From contig CAXXWX010000019.1 in NCBI GenBank assembly GCA_963675745.2, forward strand, positions 96,001 through 160,000: DNA of 64,000 nt. Direction: 5' to 3'. Each line of letters begins with the position of its first letter. Position 1 is the first letter of the stretch. This stretch comes from Phycisphaerae bacterium (GTDB lineage: Bacteria > Planctomycetota > Phycisphaerae > UBA1845 > Fen-1342). The translations under genes and the position numbers were made by a program. Shown in pieces: positions 30,451-40,192 of the stretch. The notes under the pieces are model-generated. The model was not told the origin of the DNA. It did not search any database and saw only the letters and a list, made by a program, of their open reading frames with translations.

Positions 30451-31932
30451 ATGGCGGTGTCTCCGGAACAACTTCAGCTGCTCATAATTCACTTGGTGCG
30501 CGACATTGACACAGTCCAAGCGGCCGAGCCCCGCCTTGACGAGACGCTGTTCGACCGGCAATCCGAGATCGTGGAGTCGGCGTGCTGGCGCGCGTCGCGA
30601 TCTTTCTACCGTCGCACGGGGGAGCTCATACCCCAGGAGCGCTTTGGTCCGGCCCTCCGGAGCGTTCTGAAGGAGCGGTTCCCAGACCACGACATGCCCG
30701 ACGGCGTGGTCGCCGACACGATGCGGGAGATCTTCACCGTCGATCCGGCGGCGCTGGAGCATCGGCTGATCCGCCCGGTGCTGGAGGAGTTCATTCTCAC
30801 GAGGTCCGTTGAGCCGCACGTTAATAAGCTGGTCCACGGGCGCGCGGATTACGCCGACGTCATCACCGACATGAGTAAGGCTGCGGAGGCGGCGCGGATC
30901 TCGGCCGCCAAGCCTGAGAATCTCCGCGCGCTGGGGCTAGACGTCTTTGCGGACGCGGGGCGCATCCCCACCGGTTGCCGCCCGATCGATGAGGTCTTCG
31001 GGGGCGGCATTTGCGTGGGGGAGACGGTTGGCCTGCTGGGGCCGATGAAAGGCGGCAAGACTTCGTTGTGCCAGTCACTGGCCTGCGAGTTTGTAAAGAA
31101 AGATGCCAAGCATCGGGTGACCTACGTGACCTACGAGGAGTCAGGCCGCCAGCAGTGGCGCAAGCTGCTGATCAGCTACATGGATAAGCATCACCGCAGG
31201 GAGGTCGAGGGTAAGCGGCCGCACGAGATTGCCGACGATATCAAGGTTGACCTGCGCGCCGCGCACGAGCGATTAGCTGCCCAGCTCAATTTGATCGACA
31301 TGTCCGGGGCGATGGATGGCCAGGGCTATGGCGGCCCGCCCGAGCTGGCGACTTGCCTGGAAGGACTGTATCGAGATGGGAGGCTGGGACAGTTAGTGAT
31401 CATCGACCACGTTCTGCCGCTGGTACGCCAGTACATGGCTATGCAGGGCCTGGATCAATCGAAGCAGATGCGTCACAAGATTCAAGAAGTGGCCATCATG
31501 GCCAAGGGGCTGGCCCCGCGCCTGAAAGTGTGCATGGTGCTGGCCCATCAAACGGACGCCAAAGGCAATAGACGGGGCATCCACAAGCCCACGCACACAA
31601 ACTCGGCCGAGAACAAGCTCTTCGCCGAGTACCTGCACGACTGTCTGTGCCTGGGAGCCAAGCAGAGCGACGACGAGCCGATCGCCTGGTTGAACCTGTC
31701 GGCCAGCCGTAACCGGGAGACTAGGGCTGTCCTGGTTCGCATCGCGGGCGAGCGCTGTCGCGTCGAGCTTGTGCAGGACTACGTAGCGGATGAGGGAACC
31801 GGCCAGTTTATCCATGCCGAAGATTTGATGCACGGGCACGTTGCCCCCGAGGAGGTAACCGGGCGCATGCCCAGGCGTGACGGTCCGCCCTGGCTCAACG
31901 AACCCGGTTATCCGCGCATTGCCGGCGACTAG
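30451..31932 (+). CDS. DnaB-like (SF4) replicative helicase
   Basis: IPTG...IDEVFGGG, GPMKGGKTS, YEE, VIIDH, LAHQ motifs. Confidence 0.75.
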   Translation: MAVSPEQLQLLIIHLVRDIDTVQAAEPRLDETLFDRQSEIVESACWRASRSFYRRTGELIPQERFGPALRSVLKERFPDHDMPDGVVADTMREIFTVDPAALEHRLIRPVLEEFILTRSVEPHVNKLVHGRADYADVITDMSKAAEAARISAAKPENLRALGLDVFADAGRIPTGCRPIDEVFGGGICVGETVGLLGPMKGGKTSLCQSLACEFVKKDAKHRVTYVTYEESGRQQWRKLLISYMDKHHRREVEGKRPHEIADDIKVDLRAAHERLAAQLNLIDMSGAMDGQGYGGPPELATCLEGLYRDGRLGQLVIIDHVLPLVRQYMAMQGLDQSKQMRHKIQEVAIMAKGLAPRLKVCMVLAHQTDAKGNRRGIHKPTHTNSAENKLFAEYLHDCLCLGAKQSDDEPIAWLNLSASRNRETRAVLVRIAGERCRVELVQDYVADEGTGQFIHAEDLMHGHVAPEEVTGRMPRRDGPPWLNEPGYPRIAGD

Positions 31933-31935
31933 AGG

Positions 31936-31949
31936 CGTAACGCGTTACG
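31936..31949. repeat. Palindrome CGTAACGCGTTACG (copy 2)
   Basis: 3 nt after the helicase stop codon. Confidence 0.9.
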
Positions 31950-32008
31950 TTATGGCCCGCGTTCTCATCGTTGTCGAGCAGCCGCATTTGCGCTCCGGCC
32001 GCCACCGC

Positions 32009-32408
32009 GCTATAAAGATGGCCGGACCGCGAGTGAGCGCTCGCGGCACGGCCTTAACCACCGGCTTGTTGGAGAAGATCGGCGCATGGCTGCCAGGCCG
32101 AGGATAGCAGCGACGTCACCCGCGATTCAAGAACGCTCAACCCGGCCCAGCTCGCCGCAGCAACGTTGCACGGCAACGGAGCGCTGCTGGTTCTGGCGCC
32201 CGGCGCGGCCGTGTCGGCTATAAAGATGGCCGGACCGCGAGTGAGCGCTCGCGGCACGGCCTTAACCACCGGCTTGTTGGAGAAGACCGATGGCTGCCAG
32301 CCAGGATAGCGCGACTCACCCGCGATTCAAGAAGCTCAACCCGGCCCAGCTCGCCGCAGCAACGCACGGCAACGGAGCGCTGCTGGTTCTGGCGGGCGCG
32401 GGTGTCGG
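32009..32408. repeat. Tandem ~200-bp duplication of the UvrD upstream region and 5' end
   Basis: gctataaagatggccgg at 32009 and 32217; first copy carries many small insertions. Confidence 0.9.
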
Positions 32409-34332
32409 AAAGACGATGACGCTGGCTCATTGCGTTGCACACCTCATTCTCAAGGGCGTCAAACCCGAACGCATCCTCCTGCTGACGTTCACCCGCAAGG
32501 CGGCGAAGGAGATGATCGACCGCGTCGGGCGGATTGTCGGCCTGAGCTTGGCCAAGCGGGTCGTCGCCGGGACGTTCCACAGCGTCGGCCTGAAACTGCT
32601 CCGTAAGCACGCCACTGCCGTCGGCCTCCGACGCGATTTCACTGTCATGGACCAAGCGGATGCGGCGGATCTGCTGAACCTGGTGCGGGCCGAACTGGGT
32701 CACGCCGAGAGCACGACTCTCTTCCCGAAGAAGGGCACGCTCATCGCCATCTACAGCAGAGTGGTCAATGGTCAACGCCGCCTCGATGACGTGCTCAACC
32801 AGCACTTTCCAGACTGTGTGCGGCACCGGGATGCCATTGCCGAGATCTTCGAAGGCTACGTCGAGCGTAAACACGCCGCCAACGTCGTTGATTTCGACGA
32901 CCTGCTGCTGATGTGGCGGATGCTGGCCACCAGTCCACAAACGGGAGCCGCGGTGGCCGGACGGTTCGAGCATATCCTGGTCGACGAGTTTCAGGATACG
33001 TGCGTTTTGCAGAATGAGATCCTGGTGAACATGCAACGCCACTGCAAGAACATCTTCGCGGTCGGCGACGACCACCAGGCGATCTATCAGTTCCGCGAAG
33101 CGACAATTGAGAACATCCTGAACTTTGACAAGAGCTTTCCGGGCGCGCAGATTGTCAAGATCGAGCAGAACTACCGCTCGCACCAGCGCATCCTGGATGT
33201 CGCCAACGCCATCATGGACGTGCCTGATGAACGGTATCGCAAACAGCTCTGGTCCACGCGCAAGGATGGTCCCAGCCCCGTGCTCGTCGCCTGCGATGAT
33301 GAGAGTGAGCAGGCTACCTATGTCGTCGACCGCATTCTCGAACACCGTGAGGACGGCACGCCGCTGGCCGAGCAAGTGGTACTCTTCCGCGCGTCGTACG
33401 CCTCAAACCTGCTCGAACTGGAGCTGAGCCGCCGGGGCGTCCCTTTTGTCAAGTACGGGGGTAATCGCTTCGCCGAGGCGGCGCACGTCAAGGACCTACT
33501 CGCAACGGTGCGCATCCTGGCGAACCCGCGCGATGAAGTCTCCTGGCATCGCGTCCTGCAGCTCCTGACGGGCATCGGCCCTGGTCATGCGAAGCGGATC
33601 ATTGACGCCCTGGACATCGGCAAGGATGGCCCCTCTCCGGTGCAGCGACTCATCGATGATCCGCCTGCGGTACCGGCGGCCTCCCGTAAACAGCTCGACC
33701 AGCTGCGCAATGCACTCGCCGAGTGTTCCGGCAGCGACGACGGCGGCCCTGTCGGCCCGCAGGTCGGGCGGCTGCGGACGTTCTACACGCCGATCCTGGA
33801 ACTGAAGTACGACAACGTAGACGCCCGCCAGCGTGACCTCGATACGCTGGAGGAGGTCGCCGGTCGTTACACGTCGCGCGGCGATTTCATCAGCGAGCTG
33901 AGCCTCGACCCCATCGAGCAGGGAACCCGTCCCAACAACATCTCCGGAGATTCCAGCGACGACGTCTTGAAGCTGAGTACCGTGCACAGCTTCAAGGGCG
34001 GTGAGGCCGACATTACCTATCTCATTTCCGCCAACGATGGAATGCTGCCATCGAGCAAGGCGTTCGGCGACGCCGACGCGATGGCGGAGGAGCGCCGGAT
34101 CGCCTACGTGGCCGTGACCCGCCCGCGCCATCGACTGTACGTCTCGTACTGCGCCCGGCAGCTGAATCACAGGGAGCACCGCTATGGTGCTGCGCACCTC
34201 AGTCGCTTCCTGGTAGATGCCGCTGGGACGTGCTTTGAGAGGCAGGTTGCTCGTGCAGACGACCGTGAGGCTGATGACTCTGACGAGTGCCTCGGGTCGG
34301 TGACTGCTGATGCACGGGAATTGTGGAGATGA
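32290..34332 (+). CDS. UvrD/PcrA-family SF1 helicase
   Basis: AGAGVGKT, LTFTRKAA, VDEFQD, VGDDHQAIY, QNYRS, STVHSFKG, YVAVTR. Confidence 0.93.
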   Translation: MAASQDSATHPRFKKLNPAQLAAATHGNGALLVLAGAGVGKTMTLAHCVAHLILKGVKPERILLLTFTRKAAKEMIDRVGRIVGLSLAKRVVAGTFHSVGLKLLRKHATAVGLRRDFTVMDQADAADLLNLVRAELGHAESTTLFPKKGTLIAIYSRVVNGQRRLDDVLNQHFPDCVRHRDAIAEIFEGYVERKHAANVVDFDDLLLMWRMLATSPQTGAAVAGRFEHILVDEFQDTCVLQNEILVNMQRHCKNIFAVGDDHQAIYQFREATIENILNFDKSFPGAQIVKIEQNYRSHQRILDVANAIMDVPDERYRKQLWSTRKDGPSPVLVACDDESEQATYVVDRILEHREDGTPLAEQVVLFRASYASNLLELELSRRGVPFVKYGGNRFAEAAHVKDLLATVRILANPRDEVSWHRVLQLLTGIGPGHAKRIIDALDIGKDGPSPVQRLIDDPPAVPAASRKQLDQLRNALAECSGSDDGGPVGPQVGRLRTFYTPILELKYDNVDARQRDLDTLEEVAGRYTSRGDFISELSLDPIEQGTRPNNISGDSSDDVLKLSTVHSFKGGEADITYLISANDGMLPSSKAFGDADAMAEERRIAYVAVTRPRHRLYVSYCARQLNHREHRYGAAHLSRFLVDAAGTCFERQVARADDREADDSDECLGSVTADARELWR

Positions 34333-34414
34333 TCAACGTTCATTCGGGTAGGTCATGGCGGTCATCGCACTCCGAACTTCCGCTATCACGAGCCTGCAAC
34401 GAAGGAGTAGACCA

Positions 34415-34723
34415 ATGAGTTTCAGCAACATCCAGCCCGACAACTTGATTCTGCACGAGGATTTCGACAGGTACCTTGGCTACTACTACGACAAGACAAT
34501 ACACCCGGAGGACGTTAACGAAGTGGCGTGCCAGCTGGCCTGCGTGCTTGACAGATACGACGTGTCCGTCGCTGAGGCGGAGCAGGTCCTTGTTGAACAC
34601 AACACCGTGACGCTGACGCCAGAGACCGCCCGCCAGCTTGCGGCGGAGGTGGTCCACGTCCACAGCCACAAGAAGAGCCAAACAACGGCGCGCGGGTCGA
34701 TTTTCGGTGTGGAGGTGCACTAG
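34415..34723 (+). CDS. Hypothetical protein
   Basis: AAGGAG RBS, 102 aa. Confidence 0.6.
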   Translation: MSFSNIQPDNLILHEDFDRYLGYYYDKTIHPEDVNEVACQLACVLDRYDVSVAEAEQVLVEHNTVTLTPETARQLAAEVVHVHSHKKSQTTARGSIFGVEVH

Positions 34724-34726
34724 GAC

Positions 34727-35338
34727 ATGGAGTCTGATGCAGTACCTGACACATTGCCCGAGTGGTACGACCCGCAGGCCGCTCTGGTGCACACCATGTT
34801 GCCCAGCCTGCGTTTACTGTGCGCCATCCAACGCGAGCCGCACCGCGGTGAACACTGCCCGGGGATTTCAGCAGCACGGGATCGCGAAATGACGCGGCAC
34901 GAGCGCCCGCCCGAGTCGTGGACCAACATCGACTTCATGGTGGATTTTCTCATGGTCGGAGCGGGACTGCCTGATCGCTTTTACTACGCGTTGGGTTCAC
35001 TGGCTCGCGGTTGCTTGCCCGGTAATGCCGACCCGCCGGACTGGTACGACAACTCCACGCGGGCGTACATCCGCAGGCTCCCGCTGGACTGGGCTACCTT
35101 GGCGGCCCGCCGCGAGCAGTTCAGGGCGTGGCGCGGTCCGGCCCTGCGGTGTGCCGAACGGTGCGGTGCCGACGAGAAAACTGTGCTGGAGGTGCTCGTC
35201 GTGATCTGCTTCGCGCCAGAAGTGGCCGATGTCGAACTCGACTTCGGGTCACTGGCTTCCGAGGTCGCTGTGCGCTCGCGCGAGTCGGTGCGGCGGGATC
35301 AGGGCTATGTCGATCCTTGGGAATTGGCGCGCATCTGA
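34727..35338 (+). CDS. Hypothetical protein
   Basis: 203-aa ORF 3 nt after the previous stop. Confidence 0.6.
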   Translation: MESDAVPDTLPEWYDPQAALVHTMLPSLRLLCAIQREPHRGEHCPGISAARDREMTRHERPPESWTNIDFMVDFLMVGAGLPDRFYYALGSLARGCLPGNADPPDWYDNSTRAYIRRLPLDWATLAARREQFRAWRGPALRCAERCGADEKTVLEVLVVICFAPEVADVELDFGSLASEVAVRSRESVRRDQGYVDPWELARI

Positions 35339-35402
35339 GAATCGACACGCAACGCAGCCGGTTGTTTTCGTTGCCGTTCGGAGTGACGGGTGAGCAGCGC
35401 CA

Positions 35403-35852
35403 TCATGCATAATCGCCCGGTAGCCGCGTGACGGCAAAGTCGATGACATCCCGGCGCTCTGCCACTCCGTCAGCGTCCAGGACGTCTAATCCGGCTCCAT
35501 CATCGTCGGGCGAGACGTATTGTGGCGCTTCCGATGGGGGCTGCGGTTCCTGGGGTAACCTGTTTGGTGTTGTCCAACATCCGTCGTCGTCCCTTACCCA
35601 CATCGCGCCGCTCCGGTTGGGGAGGGCCTCGGGGCCGTAGACGTAGACGAGCAGACGGGCTTCAACCACGGAGCGGTTGGCGAGGTTCGCCTCGAACATG
35701 TCCCGTGGAGTGAATGTGAGCGTGTGCGCGGGCACGCGGCATTCACGGCCGCTGAGGAAGCGGATTGTTGGCTCTGCGCCCTCGGTGAGCACCTGGCCGA
35801 GGCCATGCAGTCGAGATCGAACGTATTGCCGCTTGCGAAACGCGTATTTCAT
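35403..35852 (-). CDS. Hypothetical protein with SH3-like N-terminus
   Basis: GGAGG RBS; VRSRLHGLGQV motif. Confidence 0.5.
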   Translation of the reverse strand: MKYAFRKRQYVRSRLHGLGQVLTEGAEPTIRFLSGRECRVPAHTLTFTPRDMFEANLANRSVVEARLLVYVYGPEALPNRSGAMWVRDDDGCWTTPNRLPQEPQPPSEAPQYVSPDDDGAGLDVLDADGVAERRDVIDFAVTRLPGDYA

Positions 35853-36039
35853 GGTCTGGCCCTCCACGTCGCGTACATGACCAGATTACCAAGTGCCCAA
35901 ATAACCACCCAAAATCGCGCGTAGGTCGCGCAGCTTCCGCCGTGCCGACCCCTTGGATTGTGCGTGTATTCTCTGGGGTATGGTCTACATAGCGAACCCG
36001 GCCACCTCTCAATCGCCGTTTGCTCGCGCGGTCCATCCA

Positions 36040-36159
36040 GCGCGCATTCTGGAGTGGAATCAGCGCCACGCTCGACGGGTTGCCCGGAGATCTCAATTGC
36101 GACGGCTTGATCAACTGCGGCGATATTGATCCGTCGTTGCGCTGCTGTCCTCTTGGTAG
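36040..36159 (+). pseudogene. Remnant of a dockerin-like tail gene
   Basis: Reads AFWSGISATLDGLPGDLNCDGLINCGDIDP/VALLSSW* with one frameshift. Confidence 0.65.
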
Positions 36160-36262
36160 CCGTCCCTGAGCAGTTCGCAAAGCGGCGGCGTTTTATTGCT
36201 GAAATCGCGTCTGGCGTGTGGGTGGACTCGGTCCGGCGCTTGTGACGCGCGCCCCCGTTCGC

Positions 36263-37280
36263 TAGAGCATTTCAGATTTTAGACTAGCGCCGGGAGCGCG
36301 CACGCGCTTATAGAAGATCGCAGCACAAGGAGGTGTTGCGATGCGAGCGTATTCGATTGACTTGCGCAAACGTGTGCTGGCGGACTGTGACGCGGGCTTG
36401 GGAACCAAGGCCGTCGCGGAGAAGTACCAGGTCAGTCCCGCGATTGTGCGGCGCTGGAAACAACGTCGGCGGGAGAATGGTGAGTTGGGGCCGCGACCCT
36501 GGAATGCGGGTCGCAAACGGATTGTCGACCGAGACGCGGTGGCGGCCGCGGTGCGGGCCCAGCCGGATGCCACGCTACGGGAACTGCGTGAAGCCCTGGG
36601 GATCAATGTCTCGCTCCAGACGATTCACAGCATCCTGCGGGAGCTGAAGATCTCCTTTAAAAAAAGTCCTCCACGCCGCGGAACAAGACCGCCCCGACGT
36701 CGCCCAGAAGCGTGCGCAATGGAAAGCGTGGCAAGTCGGACTCGACCCCCGGCGACTCGTCTTCCTCGACGAAACGTGGGCGAAAACGAACATGATTCGG
36801 CGGTATGGACGTTGTCCGACGCATCAACGCTTGGTGGATAAGACGCCCCACGGGCACTGGAAGACAACGACGTTCTTGGCGGCCTTGCGTCACGATGGCC
36901 TGACGGCGCCACTGGTGGTCGATGGGGCGATCAACGGGGCGATCTTCCTCGCATACGTGCGACAGCACTTGGCACCGACCTTGCGGACCGGCGACATCGT
37001 GATCATGGACAATTTGTCAGCCCACAAGGTGGAGGGAGTGCGTGCCGCCATCGAGGGCGTCGGGGCCCACCTGGTCTACCTGCCGCCGTACAGCCCCGAT
37101 TTGAACCCGATCGAGCAGGTCTTCGCCAAGCTACGTCGGTTGCTGCAAACCGCCCGCGAACGGACGATCAGCGCGCTCTGGCGCCGCATCGGCATCGCCA
37201 TCGATGCCTTCCCACCCCATGAGTGCACCAACTACCTCCGCCACTGTGGGTACCGCTACACAATTACTTGAAATGCTCTA
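36263..37280 (+). mobile_element. Complete IS630-family element
   Basis: Inverted ends TAGAGCATTTCA / TGAAATGCTCTA including the TA duplication, inserted at CTAG. Confidence 0.95.
36341..37271 (+). CDS. IS630 transposase split in two frames at TTTAAAAAAAG (36656-36666)
   Basis: [34 protein letters not shown] catalytic motifs. Confidence 0.92.
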
Positions 37281-37371
37281 GCATGAGTGATACGCCTCTG
37301 CCCCCACGGGCACCGAGGCGGGGTGCCGCGCCATGTGGGGGTGTAAGTCACAAATCGAGGAGGTTTGGGGC

Positions 37372-38520
37372 ATGCGCCGGGTTGCTACATTGGCAGGCAT
37401 GTGGGGGTTGGTGTTGGCATGCGCATCTGGAGTGCAGGCAGAAGTAGTGATTGACACCGTCACCGTCGGCAATCCGGGCAACACGCCCGACAATAGATAT
37501 CAAACGCCCGGCTGCGGCGGTGTGGGCTACGTGTACAGCATCGGGAAGTACGAGGTAACCACAGGCCAGTACGTCGAGTTTCTCAACGCTGTCGCGCAGA
37601 TCGACACCTACGGCCTGTACAACTCGAATATGAACGGGGCCGTCTATGGGTGCCAGATCACGCAGCACGGTACCAGCGGGAGTTACTGGTACGATCTGAG
37701 CGGGCGTCCGAGCGGAACGGAAGCCGATTGGGCAGGCCGTCCGGTGAATTACGTAGGTTGGGGAGACGCGGCGCGGTTTGCCAACTGGATGCATAATGGC
37801 CAGGGGGCCGGCGACACGGAGACGGGCTCGTACGACCTCAACGGTGCGATGACCAATGCCGAACTGCTTACCATCACGAGGGAACCAGGGGCTACATGGG
37901 TGATTCCTTCCGATGACGAGTGGTACAAATCAGCGTATCACAAGAACGACGGCGCAACAGGGAACTACTTCGACCATCCGACGAGCAGCAATAGCATGCC
38001 GAGCAATGACCTCGTTGAGCCAACCGATCCGGGCAACAACGCCACGTTCTACGGCGGTGACCCACCGGGCTACACTATCGGTGGTCCGTACTACCGCACG
38101 GAAGTCGGTGCCCACGAGAACTCCGAGAGTCCCTACAACACGTTAGACCAGGCCGGAAACGTCTGGGAGTGGAATGAGGCCATACTTTATGGCGCGTATC
38201 GCGGGATGCGTGGCGGCTCCATTGATAGCGGCGGCAGCAGCTTACACGCCTCGGTCGCCGGTTTCGGCGCAGCGCCGCCGTTTGAGTACGGCGCTGTCGG
38301 CTTTCGCATCGCCTTCGTCCCCGAACTCGTCATTGGCGACCTGAACTGCGACGGACGCCTGGATAACGGCGATATCGATGCATTCGTTTTCGCATTGTCG
38401 TACCCCGATCAATACCCCGATGAGTTCCCGGCTTGCGACATCGCCCTTGGCGACATCAACGGCGACGGCTGGATGAACAACGGCGATATCGACGCATTCG
38501 TGGCGCTGCTCGGCGGGTAG
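37372..38520 (+). CDS. Secreted FGE-sulfatase (SUMF1/C-lectin fold) protein with dockerin-like tail
   Basis: Signal peptide, KYEVT, DEWYKSAY, GNVWEW, RGGS..GFR, then GDLNCDG/GDINGDG. Confidence 0.88.
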   Translation: MRRVATLAGMWGLVLACASGVQAEVVIDTVTVGNPGNTPDNRYQTPGCGGVGYVYSIGKYEVTTGQYVEFLNAVAQIDTYGLYNSNMNGAVYGCQITQHGTSGSYWYDLSGRPSGTEADWAGRPVNYVGWGDAARFANWMHNGQGAGDTETGSYDLNGAMTNAELLTITREPGATWVIPSDDEWYKSAYHKNDGATGNYFDHPTSSNSMPSNDLVEPTDPGNNATFYGGDPPGYTIGGPYYRTEVGAHENSESPYNTLDQAGNVWEWNEAILYGAYRGMRGGSIDSGGSSLHASVAGFGAAPPFEYGAVGFRIAFVPELVIGDLNCDGRLDNGDIDAFVFALSYPDQYPDEFPACDIALGDINGDGWMNNGDIDAFVALLGG

Positions 38521-38561
38521 TCGACGGTATAATGCACATCGCGAGTCGAGGAGGAAGAGGC

Positions 38562-39593
38562 ATGCGTAGAGTAGCTGTATTGGTGGGTCTGATGTTCGTG
38601 TGCGCGCACACCGTGCAGGCAGAGGTGATCATCGACACAGTCACGGTCGGCAATCTGGGCAACGCCGGGGAGCTTTCCGGCGAAGGCGCGGGTGGTTACG
38701 GCCCGGACCGCATCTGCGGGGCGGTGGATTACGTCTACAGGATCGGCACGTACGAGGTGACCGCCGGTCAGTACACCGAGTTCCTCAACGCTGTGGCGGG
38801 CACGGACACGTTTGGCTTGTACAACACGGACATGTGGTCGAACAGTTACGGTTGCAAGATCGAACGGACCGGTTCGCCGGGTAGCTACAGCTACAACGTG
38901 GAGGCCGACTGGGCGAACAGGCCAGTGAATTATGTAAGCTACTGGGACTCGTGCCGGTTTGCGAACTGGCTGCACAACGACCAGCCTACCGGCCAGCCGG
39001 GCGCGGGCACGACGGAGACGGGGGCCTACACGCTGGACGGCTACAATGGCCAAGACGGCCGGGAAATCCAGCGTAATGGCGGCTGGGATTGGGCAGTGAC
39101 GAGCGAGGATGAGTGGTACAAGGCGGCGTACCACAAGAACGACGGCGTGACGGGCAACTACTGGGACTACCCGATGGGCAGCAGCGTGGTGCCGAACAAC
39201 AGCAATCCGGGCGGCGACACGGGCAACTCGGCGAATTTCTACGACGGGGATTACGCGATCGGCGCGCCTTACTGGCGGACGAATGCGGGCTTCTTCAGCT
39301 CGTCCGACAGCTCGTACGGGACGTTCGACCAGGGCGGGAACGTGTGGGAGTGGAATGAGTCAGTTGTGATCGAGGGGTCGGGTTACTCGGAGCGCGGCCA
39401 GCGGGGCGGGTCGTTCAGACATGGCGATGGCGGTGACTACGCCCTGCGCGCGTCGGTTCGCAGCTACTACGGCGGCTATCCGTCGATCGAAAGCTTCTTC
39501 ATCGGGTTCCGTGTGTCTGAGGTTCCTGAGCCCGCAACGATTGTGATGTTGGCCTTGACTGGCGTGGAAATCCTACGAAGAAGAAGGGCGTAG
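38562..39593 (+). CDS. Secreted FGE-sulfatase protein with PEP-CTERM
   Basis: Paralog of the previous gene; ends VPEPATIVMLALTGVEILRRRRA. Confidence 0.88.
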   Translation: MRRVAVLVGLMFVCAHTVQAEVIIDTVTVGNLGNAGELSGEGAGGYGPDRICGAVDYVYRIGTYEVTAGQYTEFLNAVAGTDTFGLYNTDMWSNSYGCKIERTGSPGSYSYNVEADWANRPVNYVSYWDSCRFANWLHNDQPTGQPGAGTTETGAYTLDGYNGQDGREIQRNGGWDWAVTSEDEWYKAAYHKNDGVTGNYWDYPMGSSVVPNNSNPGGDTGNSANFYDGDYAIGAPYWRTNAGFFSSSDSSYGTFDQGGNVWEWNESVVIEGSGYSERGQRGGSFRHGDGGDYALRASVRSYYGGYPSIESFFIGFRVSEVPEPATIVMLALTGVEILRRRRA

Positions 39594-39944
39594 GGATTGC
39601 ACTATATCCTCTGGACTCTCTTCGTTTCTGACAACGGCGTAGCGCGCACCGTCGCGATGAAGCACCGTTCGCCCCAGCGCTGGGACTGCAGCAGCGCCAA
39701 CCGGAATCGGTCGCGCGCCCCCAATTAGCTGGATCCACGCGAATCATCCTCAGACGCCACCAGCGAGAGCCTGAGCGCATCAGAAGCACCATCCGGGCTC
39801 GGAGCACACCTGCGGCCCGTTACGCGCCACAGGCGCGCTATGCGCGTCAGAGCACCCTTCCAGCGGCGGATCCCAACACGTTCAGCACCAATGGGCCGCC
39901 TCGCGGTGCCGCACGGCAGTATTACCCGGAATCAGCTTCTCAGA

Positions 39945-40154
39945 TCACTGGCCATCGCTGTCACCGTGCGGCGGCGAGAGCCTCATCCGAAAGCCTCCAC
40001 CGACGTGCCCGTGCTGAGCGGCGTAATGGCCGATCGGCGGCCGGAACGCCTGATACACCGCCACCGTGCTCTCGTCATACTCCCCGAGGATGCGGCGACC
40101 GCCGGCGGGCCAGGCCGCTCTCTGTTCGAGGCAGGGTTGCAGCTGCAGATTCAT
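39945..40154 (-). pseudogene. Truncated DUF4291-like gene
   Basis: WPAGGRRILGEYDESTVAVYQAF N-terminus; the conserved remainder is absent. Confidence 0.6.
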
Positions 40155-40192
40155 CCTGCCCTCGCCAGCGTCCGCTCAGGTTTGCGCAGCGA

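Noticed and set aside
37372..39700. Complete DGR in this window
   Set aside because: No reverse transcriptase, Avd or AAC-rich template repeat found
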